The translations under genes were made by a program, and so were the position numbers. From Bacteroidales bacterium (GTDB lineage Bacteria; Bacteroidota; Bacteroidia; Bacteroidales; WCHB1-69), in the NCBI GenBank assembly GCA_028684405.1, contig JAQUGA010000001.1, positions 1,833-65,832 on the forward strand: DNA of 64,000 nucleotides. Direction: 5' to 3'. This document shows, piece by piece, positions 19,605 through 31,600 of this stretch (the first letter of the stretch is position 1; each line of letters starts with the position of its first letter). The notes below the pieces were generated by a model. It had not been told where the DNA came from and did not search any database. It was given only the letters and a program-made list of their open reading frames with translations.

Positions 19605-22600
19605 TTAGTTAACCACAACTCTTCCAACCACTGTTTGGTTTTCAGAAATAATGCGTATTGAATAAATGCCTTTCGCTATTTTGCCAAGATCAAGTGTGTG
19701 CAATGATACACCTTTCACTTCTTCTCTGCTAATAAGCTGACCATTCATTCCTATAAGTTCAATAACAGCTTGGTCAATAGTATTTCCAAAATTGATATTG
19801 AGGTTTCCTTTTGTAGGATTTGGATAGATGTTCATGCTTGACAAAGGACCTATTTCTGACACTCCTGAACAGATTTCATACGTAATAACGATGGAACCTG
19901 TATTTTGACAAGTATTAGCATCCGTAACGGTAACAGAAACTGTTGTGACACCCAAAGGTAATAAGGTGTTGTTAACAATTGGTGTTTGACCTGTCAAACC
20001 AGGAACTGACCATGCGTATGTTGATCCAACATTTCCAGCATCTAACTGAAGAGTTTCATTTAAGTTGAAACACAATGTGGCGTTTGGACCTAAGTTTACA
20101 ACTGGTAATGAATTCACTACTACATCCACAGAAGCTGTATTTGAACAGCCATTTGCATCAGTAACCACTACTGAATAGGTATCTGCCGCTATTACATTAA
20201 TGGTTTGTGTTGTAGCATTAGTGTTCCATAAGAATGTAGATCCTGTGTTTCCAGCGTCCAGTGTTAAGGTTGAACCTAGACAAACTCCAGCATTAGTAGG
20301 AATATTGATTACAGGCAATGAATTCACTGTAAGAACATAATTATCTGTTGCTGTACATCCGTTTGCATTTGTAACCGTTACTGAATATGTACCTTCCGCA
20401 CTAACAGTAAGTGTTTGATTGGTGCTATTGTCAGACCACAAGTAAGAAGTATGAACTCCAGCATCTAAGATTCTAGTTTCACCAGCACAAATTGCTTCGG
20501 ACAATCCTAAATCAACAATAGGAGCCGCATTTACAACGATAACAGCACTTCCTGTTCCAACATTAGAACAACCATTTGCATCCGTAACCGTCGAAACAGT
20601 ATAGGTTGTATTCGTGATTGGATGAACGGTGAATTCTACAGATGAAGTATTGATTCCATTATGGTTTACACTGTTATTACCATCAAAAACTACAACATTC
20701 CAAGGAGCAACACCTGTAAGGTTAACAGCGAGAGTGCCTGATTGACCTTCACAAATAGAAGCTGTACCTGAGATAACAGCAGTTGGAATTGGAATAAGCG
20801 TAACCGTAACAAAATCTGTAGCTGTAGAAAGACAAGTATTGGTAACTACAACATGATACGTTCCTGCAGCAGTTGCAGAGAAAGTTTGTGAAGTACCAAG
20901 TACGATTGTTGGATTTGCAGCTTCAAACCAGCTATATGTTCCACCAATTGTGTAACCTGCATCTAGAAGTGCAGCAGAGCCTGTGCAAAGATTGATGTTT
21001 GCGCCAAGTTCAACAGTCACAACAGGACTAAACAGAACGGTGATTGAATCTGTATTTTGACACATCGTAATTGGGTCGGTAACCACAACACTGTATGTAC
21101 CTGCAGTAGAAACAGTTATCGATTGATTTGTACTGCTGTTATTCCAAAGATAAGTCAGTCCAGCAGGAGCTGTAACAACAATTGGGTTGCCATCACATAC
21201 AAGTACATCGAGTCCTAAATCAACAACTGGAATATCGATGAACGTAATATTAACAGAACCGCTGTTAGAACAACCATTTACATCGGTAACCGTAACTGCC
21301 ACATTGGTTAATCCAGAACCTAAGTCTGCATGATCTAAAGAAACAATTTGAGTTGTATCACCTGTTGACCACGCATAGCTATCAAAAGTACCAGCATTAA
21401 GGACGATTGCTTCGTTCGCACATTTTATTTGCGCTGCTCCAAGGTTGACAACAGGTAGTGCATTGATGGTTAAAGTAGCCATTGCAGTATCACTTAAACC
21501 AAAAATATTGGTAGCAATTACATAATAATTACCGGCAGTCGTAACATTTAGTTGGTTTGTTGTTTCTGTTAAAGGATTGGACAATGAACCTTGGAACCAT
21601 TGGTAGGTATAATCATCCCCATCTGTAGCAATAAAAGTATGGGTTTGACCCGCACAAATCATGGCGTTAGCAATATTAACACTGATTGGATCAGCCATCT
21701 TAATTTCTACGTTATCAAAATCAACGTAATAATCACCAGCACCCCATTTTACTATAAATCCAGCAAAAACATCTGTTCCATTAAAGAATGGATCAATTGG
21801 AAGAACAACTTTCTTCATTGCACCGGAAGGAGTGTGGTTTGTAGAGGTAATAGAATGCACTAAATAAGCATTGTCACAAGTTCTCATAATTACTTTTATG
21901 GAATCGTTGATGGTAATGTTGGTTGCAGGATATGGAGTACTATAATCCACAATTCTGTAATCAAATACTAAAAAGGATCCAGGAGTAATTGGTCCCACTT
22001 TAGGAGAGTACGCATTGGCCGTAACACCGCTTGACCATAGATTTTTGTAGATTGCTTTTGAAGTTAAACCATGACCCGTTCCCCAACTCATTGCTGTTCC
22101 AGAAGCGGTCCAGTCTAGAGTTAAACTATCAAAACTTTCAAAGTAAGGAAGTGGTTTTGGGAAAGAGGTAGTTCTTTCTATCCTCATTGTATCATTGTTA
22201 CGATCACCATCGTTTGAAAGATTGGTGAATGCAGTAAGCTTATATACACCAGATTCGGTAGTATTGATTATTGCAGCATTAACAACTGTAGATTGACCCA
22301 CCAAAAGACTTGGGATAATAGATGGATACGTATTTGATCCGTTTGGTCCTACCACAACAAGTGTTAATGGCAAATCAGTAACATCTGTTAACCCTGAGTT
22401 TGAAACAGTTACTTTAACGGTGTCATTGACCAATCCACAAGCAGAGCTAACAGGTCCTTGAATTGCTGATACAGCAACATCAGCAGCTAACATCAATCTT
22501 ACTTTGAGTTCATCAATGCCGATATCTGTTGCACCATAATCAGAAGTTGCTTTAAATCGTACAACAACTTGGGAGTTTGTATTATTACCTAAGTTAATTG

Positions 22601-25600
22601 ATTTTTTAGTCCAAGATGATTGAACCTTATAACCAGCCAACTTGTCGAAATTCGCTCCATTGTCATATGAAATTAAAGCTTCAAGACTATCGTTTCCAGA
22701 CGTATTAATATAATAGAACGATAGTTCTTTAGTTCCTGGAGTTGAAAAATCTAAATAGTGATCCATCAAGCCAATGGTGCCGCTGCTAGCGTATCCACTA
22801 TGGAAACGAGCTGAATGAAGAGTGCCATTAGCACCTGTAGGGGTATATCCATAAGAAGTTGGGCTAGACCAAACAGCTGATAAGCCGTCATCGTCTCTTC
22901 TCCAAGAGTTGTTTCCAGTAGCTGGAGTGTTGTTTGAGTAGAAGGATGGAATGTCGCGCGTTGAAGATCCGTTTATCCAAGTTCCATCAAAACTTTCCGC
23001 ATACGGAATTGGAGCAAAACCTTTTACAGCCAAAACGTACGTAAATGTATCATTTGCGGTGATTTGATCTGCATTACCATTTATTAGTCCGGTCCATACT
23101 TTAATGGTATTAGAACCCATTTGAGTAAAGCTAAAATTCCCAATAAGAATTTGGGTTTCGGAAGCGTTTTGAACCAATGGTGTCGCTGGTGTGTGTGTGT
23201 AAGGAGTTTGTAACACGCCATTTACAGACCAATTGATGACCACTTGATTCATCGTTTCAACTCCTAAATTTTTCACAGCCACTTTCACGTCTTGAGTGCC
23301 AGCGAAAATAGAAGAAGCAGGAGCATTCACTGCGATTGCTTGTGCATCATAGTTAGGAATCACAAAAATAGTTCTAACGAGAGTGTCATTATTATGGTTT
23401 GCATCGGCATTACCATTTACATCACCTGTCCAAAATTTTAATGTATTTGAACCCGCAATGTTAAAAGTATAGTTTCCAAGTGTAACATTTTCTGTTGCAT
23501 TGGTAACAAGTCCAGTATTGCTGAACACAAAAGGAGTTTGTATTGTTCCGTTTACCGACCAATTTACACTAGTACTCGTGATATTGGCTACACCAAAGTT
23601 CTTAACATCAACAGATACAGCTGAACTTCCAAGGGATGTGTTTAAGGCAGGTGAGGTCATCGCAACAACTCCAGCATCATACATTGGCATCTCATAAATG
23701 CAAATTGAATCAATTGTCAAACTCAATTGGTTAGCAATAGAGTAGCAATTAAAACCAAATACATAATTTCCATTTGCCGTACATTCAAAAGGAACAACAC
23801 GTTTAATAAATGAAGAGTTTTTTAATGTGTCATTGCTCCAAAGAACGGTTGTTTGGCTTGCTATGGTTTTATCTGAGCCAACGGTAAGCTTTAATTTTTC
23901 TGAATAAGAGGTGCTTCCAGCTTTTTGATAAAATTGGATAATGTATTTTTTCCCATTTTCAAGTGAAAAATAGGGAGTAAGCGCCCAAGCGTTGGAAGCT
24001 AAAGTAGAGGAATATGAGCACTTCATACTCCCTGGACTTCCCGTAACACCACCAGTTGTAGAGTGGGTCCAATGGTTTCCTGAACCTACACCTTTGTCAA
24101 GTAGCCAATAAGCTGGAGGGAAAGTAGTTGCTTCAAAATCCTGAACATATGGAACTGATTGAACTACATCTACAGAAACAGTATAAACTTTAGTAGTACC
24201 GTTTTGAGCCGTAACAGTGTATGTTTTTGGAGTCGTAAAGTTTTGAGCGATTCCAGAAGCAGGAGAAACTGTAGCTTCTGGAGAAACAGTGATGGTAGGA
24301 ACAAGAGCTGTTATATCCGTTCCAGCAGGAAGGAACAATGTGATTTTGTTTCCAGCAATAACTCCAGTTACAGCAGGAGTAGTTAGGTTAAAAGTAAGGA
24401 TATCCTTTTCGGCATTTGGAAGTACCGTAACATTAACGGTCCAGTCTTGCGTGATGGCTGTATTTTCAGCAGTAACAGTATAAATTACTGGGCTGCTGAA
24501 ATTGTTTGCCACACCTGATGCAGGATTAATCGTTGCATTGGTTGAAAGAGTAATTGTTGGGACCAATGCTGTTAAATTTGTTCCATAAGGCACCGTAAGG
24601 GCCACCGTATGAGTTGTTGCATTTACAACACCCACAACTGCTGGAGTTAATCCATTAAATTTGAAAGTTAAAATGTCAGTTTGATCATTTACAACAATTG
24701 CCACAGCAACCGAAGCTGTATTAGAACAACCCGATACGTTTGTACCAGTAACGGTATAGGTTGCTGTAGAAGTCGGATTAAATGCAACACCATTAACCAC
24801 AGAATGACTCCATTCGTAAGTTGAAGCTCCACTACCTGTAAGCGTAACAGATTGTCCTGCAAAAATACTTGTAGAAGATGCATTTGCAACGACAATTGGA
24901 AGTGGTTTAACAACTACTTGAATGGAAGCTGTATTTGTACATGAATTTACATCTGTTCCAGTTACAATATAGGTTGATGTTGCCGTTGGGACAAATTCAA
25001 CTCCATTTACCACGCTGTTGTTCCATAGATAGGAGACAGCACCGGCACCAGACAATGTGACTCCCTGTCCCGCACAAACGGATACAGAAGAGGCATTAAT
25101 TGTTACCGTAGCAGGAGTGTATATTGCCACCTCTATGGTTGCTGTATTAGAGCAATTATTGGCATCTGTTCCTGTAACTGTATAAGTTTTTGTTACAGTA
25201 GGAGTAAATGCTACATTATTAACAACGGCGTTGTTCCAAGTGTAGTTAACAGCACCAGTTCCATTAAGGGTTACGGGGCTATTAGGACAAATACCCGTTG
25301 CAGAAGCTGTTGCTCCAACCGTTGGCAAATCTAATAATGTCACCGTAACGTTTGCAGTGTTTACACATCCGTTCACATCGGTTCCCGTTACTGAATATGT
25401 AGCAGAGGCTGATGGCACAAATGCCACACCATTAACTACACCATGAGACCAAACATAGCTTACTGCATTTTGACCTGTTAAAGTTACTGGACTTCCTGTA
25501 CATACGCTATTTGAAGATGCAATGGCCAAAACATTTGGTAATGTATTCACCACTACTTGAACCGTTGCTGTCTTTTGACATCCGAAACCATCCGTACCAG

Positions 25601-28600
25601 TAACTGTATAAGTTGCCGTTGCAGAAGGAACAAAAGGAACACCATTTAGAACGGTTCCGCTCCAAACATATGTACTTGCACCTAAGCCTGTTAAAGTCAC
25701 AGCATCTGTTGGACATATTGACAAGTCGCTGGCTTGAGCTACAACATTTGGAAGGGCATGAACAGTAGTAATAACACTGTTGGATTGAGCGATGCAGCCA
25801 AGTTCATTACCAATTACATAAACTTCAGCGCCATTGGTTAAAGAACTTGTTGTGTATGATGTTGTAATTCCTTGAGAAACACCGTTTACGAAAAATTCGT
25901 ACGTTCCAGTTGTTAATCCTGAAGGCGTAAATGTTACAGACTCACCTGCACAAATGGTATTGTCGGCATCACTACTTGTAAGAGCAACTGTGAAGCCAGC
26001 AGGATCCGATAGCGTTTTCGACAATACTTGGTCGCAGCCATTTTCAGAAACAGTAACTGAGTAATTCCCAGCAAGCAATCCTGTTGCAATTGAGGTTGTT
26101 TGAACAGGTGTTGTTGACCAATTATATGAATAATTTACATTATTCGTTACAGAGATACTTCCATCCGCTAATCCACAGCCCGTAGGGTCAATTGAAGCAA
26201 TTACGGCAGCAGTAGGCAATTGGATTACTGTGATTGTAACAGTTTGATTAATTGCTACAGTACAGCCATTGTTATCTGTCAAAGTCAAGAAGTTGTAATT
26301 ATCAGTTAGTGAGGGAGTTAATTCAATTGTGTAATTGTCAGCAATTGCATTAATGGGTATTATGTTAGTGTTTAAATCATTATTAACGGTAATATTAAAC
26401 AAGCTAGCACCTGTAAAATTAAATTTGATTTGTGCTGTTTCTCCATTACAAATTGGATTGTTTCCTATAACTGTTGCAAATCCTGTTGGCAGCTCATGAA
26501 TTGTGAGCGTAACAGTTGTAGCAGAGCTTTCACAACCGTTTTCTGTTTGAGTTACATAATATGTATAGGTGCCTGCAGCTGTGTTTCCAGTTGTAAACGG
26601 AGTGCCAGTGTATACTAAAGTTGATAGACTTGCGTCGCTGTACCATTTAATCGTTCCTGTTCCTGTAGCTGTTAAATCAGGAATTACAGTTCCAAAACAA
26701 GCTGATTTACTAACTGCTAATGGAGCCGTTGGTGTTGCATTAATTGTCAATGTTGCAATGGCAGAAGGGCTTTCACAAGCATTTTCTGTTTGAGTTACAT
26801 AATAAGTATAAACACCAGCAACAGTTTCACCAGTAGCGAAAGTTTCACCAGTTGCTTCAAGGCTTAATAATGCAGCATCACTGTACCATTTAATTTCACC
26901 TGTACCAATCGCTGTTAAGTCAGGAATGATATTTTCTGTACAAACTATTTGATTGTTGGCAATAGGTGCAGCTGGAATAGGATTAATTGCAAGTACCACT
27001 GAGGTTGCAGGGCCTTCGCAATCAACATCCGAAAGAGTTACATAATAAGTATACGTACCTACTGCTGTTTTACCTGTAGCAAATGTTGCTCCAGTATATA
27101 AAAGAGTACTAAGACTTGCATCACTGTACCATTTAATAGTACCTGTACCGCTTGCTGTTAAATCAGGGGTTGCTGTTCCAAAACAAATGGTCTGATTACT
27201 AGCTGTAGGAGCTAAAGGAGCTTCTATTATAGTAACGGTAACCAATGTGCGACTTGCGCTTGGGCAGCCATTTGTACTATTTTCAGCATAAAACTCATAA
27301 GAATCTGGAGTGTTCGTATTTGGTAATAGGGTTGTTCCTACAGTTTGTAGTGGAGAATTACTTCCAACTAAGTTTCCACCAGTTGCAGCATCGTACCATG
27401 AAATAGTGGCAGGAGCTAAAGAATAATTGATGGTTAGGGTGGCTACACCTGCACCTATTGGGAAAGTAGCATCTGCACCCGTTTCATCGCTATAGCTATC
27501 CCAGTAGAGTAGATTTACGAGTCCACCAGCATTATTGATAGCAACTGCAGGAATTGTCCTTATATAATCAAATACTCCTGAAGAATTAAGAGCTCCTGTG
27601 CCAGAGGCTGCATCATTAACAACAGCACCTGAGAATCCTAATTTGACATCAGAACGCCAAGAGGTTCCATTCGCACTAATTCCAGGATAGGAGAATGAAG
27701 CAGAAGTTATGGTTGCACCAGCAGGTATTGCAGGAATAGTGGCTGATGCGACTATGTTTCCAGGTGCAGAATTTGTTTCAACTGGTTGTGTCAGCACATC
27801 AAATTGAACTGTGATTGTTTGTGGACCCGATATAGTTGAAATTGGAATAGAAGTAGATCCCTGACAAGCAATAACTAAATTTGTGCTTACCACAGGAATC
27901 GGATTAACAGGCTGAATTGTAACCGTAGATGTTGCCGTATTTACGCAAAGGGAAACCAAATCGTTTGCAGTACAAGTATAATTCGTAGTTGATGGAGTTG
28001 CTGACTTCACATATAGAGTTGTTGCACTTGCTAGGGCTACATATGGAGTAGTACAAGCAATGTCTGTAAATAAATTGGTTACAGGACTCCATGTATAAGT
28101 ATCAAAATTAGACACATCTGAAGTAACTGCTAAAACTCCAACTGCCTCATTACAAAGTGATTGACTTTCCGTAATGGTTAAAGCTGGAGCTGGAGTTACG
28201 GTTGCCGTAACGGCCACGCGTGCACCTGAGCAAGTACCAATACCATCAAAAATCATTTTTGGGCGCGCACTCAGTGTTCCTGTTCCAGTTGCTGTTCCAC
28301 ATACTACAGAAGCCGTTTTGTTATCTGCATTAAAGTAAGAATTTGAAGCAAAACTAGTAACATCAAATTTAGCAGTAGCAGTGTTAGCACTTGAACCACT
28401 ATTGTTATTACTCCAACACGTTTGTATTATAATGTTAGAAACACCATCCCATGCAAATGGAGTCGAAAATGTATATGTATTAATTCCAACAGTTGGCGTA
28501 ACGCTTGCTGCTGAATAAACACTACTTGAAATAGGTTGGAATGTGGTTGTCAATGCTTCTGAAGTAGTTGCACCAATGCCACAATTAAATGAATTAAATG

Positions 28601-31600
28601 CTAATCCAGTCGCTGCTACTATATCAAAAGATACTGAATTTATAAAACCTGCCGAATTTCCAGCAGCAATTAGTTCAGAAGCTTTTACTAAATATTGAGC
28701 TTTAAATCCACCATAATAATGGCAGAAAGGAGTTTTGTAGTCATTATTAAGAGAAGTAGAAGCACCAGCACCAATTGTAATATCCTGAGGGCTAGAGACT
28801 CCTGCTGCAACATAAAAATTCGTAGTTGTCGAAATGCTTGGGGTAACAAATGGAGATCCCGATCCTAAAGGAGCACCGCCCGTTTCAGTAGCATACCATG
28901 CTAGTGATTCTGCTCCTGTGGTAGCTTCCAAAGAGACTGTACCGGTTCCACAACGAGTAGCAGGTGTTGTACTAGTAACAGAAGGATTGTTAACAGTAAT
29001 CGTTACAACATTTGTTTCAGAACAAACAGTTGCACCATTTCTCATTATCATTTTAAAATATGAAGTGTTACTAATATCAGGTGTTGTAAGGCTGATGTTC
29101 GTTTGTCCAGAAATATCTGAAAAAGTTACATTGTCAGATGAAGATTGCCATTGGAAAGTAGCGATACCAAAACCTGTAGAAGGATTTGCTGTTATTAAAG
29201 AAGTTCCGCTTACACATAAAACATCAGGAGTTGCGGTAATAACAGGTGCTTCAGGAAGAACCGTTACCGTTGAAGTTGCAGTATTTGCGCAAAGAGAAAC
29301 TGAATTATTTGCCGTACAGGTATAGATGGTTACTCCTGGCGTTGCAGACTTCACGTATACGGTAGAAGCATTTGCTGCTGCTGCGTAAGGAGTAGTGCAT
29401 GAAATGTCAGTAAATAAATTTGTTTGAGGAGTCCATGTATATGTGTCAAAATCTGACAAGGTAGAAGTCACTGTTAAAGTTCCAACTGCATCATTACAAA
29501 GTGTTTGATTTTCTGTAATGGCAAAAGCTGGAGGAGTAGTAACAGTGGCTGTCACAGCAACGCGTGGGCTTGAGCAACTGCCAGTAACCTTCCAATTATA
29601 AAACCAGCTATAATAAGTTGTACTTGCTATTGAACCATTCCAATTGGAGATGATAGAAATATCACCGTTAATAATTGGATAAGTGAAATCGACATTCTCC
29701 TGTATCAATTTATTTGCAGAAACCACTCCTGATAATGCCACTAAACGATAACCTATTCCAGCTGGAATATTGAAATTCAAGGTAATCGTTTGAGCTGTTG
29801 AACCTGTTCCACTAATTGGCATAAATACAACATCACTTGTTCCAACAACTTGGTTTCCTGCATTGTCAAGCAAACGGATGGTTATATTTGCAGGGGCTGT
29901 ATTTACAGGATAAACATCTACTGTTTTTAGCAATATACTTGAGCTTGCATTAAATACAAGACCGTAATTAGCCCAAAAATCACTTCTTAAAGAAGTAGGA
30001 GCAAGTCTCCCTGCATCGACTTCGGCAGGAGCTTCAGCTCCTACATAGAAATCAGTAGTTGTCGAAATGATTGGAGTCATAAAAGGAGATCCTGTACCAA
30101 GAGAAACACCACCCGTAGAGGCAGCATACCACGCAAGTGTTCCCGAGCCTGTAGTTGCTGCCAAAGAAACATTACCCGTTCCGCAACGAGTACCTGGTGT
30201 TGTTCCAGTAACTGTATTTGCAAATGCAAGTCCTATAGGAGTTGAAATTGCTGTTGCTGGACCATTTTGACAAGTAACAACACATTGATAAAAAGCTTCG
30301 GTTGTAGCAATTGTGCTGTATGTTGCAGTTGTTGCACCAACAATGTCTGAATATGCAGCAACACCATCAGGGGATGTTTGCCACTGATAGTTTACACCCG
30401 TTCCTGGAGTTGCATTTTGCATAGACAATGTTATACTTTGCCCGTAACACATTGATGCACTTGAAGAAAGTGTATTACCAGGTACAGGAACTGTACAAGT
30501 ATAAGAAGGAATTCCTTCAAATTCATCAGCACCTACATCCGTTGTGGAACCTGTTCCTGTATATCCATCTTCGCCCCAGCGAATAGTTCCCTCAGCATCT
30601 GTCGTAATTGCTGGAGAAGTAATTCTTTCGCCACCGCTTTCACATTTTGTAGAAACAGTCGTTTGCAAACGCAAATCATAAGGCATTGTAGTTACATTTA
30701 CAAAAGGAGGCATCTCCTCAAATGATAAATTATCTTTCGTTCCACCCACAAGTGCTTGATAAGGACTCATCAAATAAGAAGCAGTTCCATCATAAAAAAT
30801 GACATTATTTGCTCCTGGAGTTCCAGCATAAAAACAATTGTTGTTTCCAGAATATGTAGTTAATGTTGTTGAACTCCTTCTGAAAGCAGAGGTATATCCA
30901 GTTGCTCCCGCTGGCGTAGAAGTATTTACAATAATATTGTTTTTCATATTTACAGCAGGAGTTGTGCTTGTATAAATCCCTGCGGATCCAAACAATGCAC
31001 CCACACTGTTTGCATTTAGATAAATCGTATTGTAATATAAATTTGCAGCTCCAGAAGATGCATAAATACCTGCCAAAGGAATGGCTGCATTTGCATTTGG
31101 TGTTTGCAGGTCTGTAATAGCGTTATTATAAACATTGTTTGTTGTTCCTCCTGAAAGATAAATTCCATACAAAGAAGGATTTGAGCTGGTCGTAAGAATA
31201 GACGAAATCACATTGTTGAAAATGTTATTTGTTGTGCCTCCACTTGCCTGAATTCCATAGAAGGAACCACTTGTTCCACCAATGCTTGTAAATCCATAGA
31301 TTGCATTATGGCTTACCTTATTTATGGTTCCAGTTGATATTTTAATTCCATACATTGTGCCTGCGGCTCCAGTCGTAGAAAAATTGAAGATTTGGTTTGC
31401 TGTAAATGTTTTTGCAGCAGAACTCCCATAATCTAAAGCTCCATAAATAGAACCATTACCATTTACTGTCAAATTCTTGATAACGTTATTTGAAACTGTT
31501 ATCGTCAAAGCTGAAGAATTACTATAAAAACCATAGATTGAACCTGTTGCTGCAGTTCCTGTTATGCTGTTGCCATCAATGGTATTTCCATCTACAGTAA

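Noticed and set aside
24162-27218. Regular tandem repeats that could be mistaken for a CRISPR or other non-coding array.
   Set aside because: The periods are exact multiples of 3 (213 and 243 bp). They lie inside one continuous ORF and encode Ig-like modules. There is no repeat-spacer structure and there are no cas genes.
28834-29325. 163-aa plus-strand ORF, with a similar 67-aa ORF at 30067..30270, antisense to the giant gene. The two have similar N-termini (MLGVTNGDPDPKGAPP... / MIGVIKGDPVPRETPP...).
   Set aside because: They mirror the duplicated Ig-like supermodule on the coding strand. The Thr/Ala/Gly/Val-rich codon usage leaves the antisense frame stop-free. Their similarity is a by-product of the sense-strand duplication.
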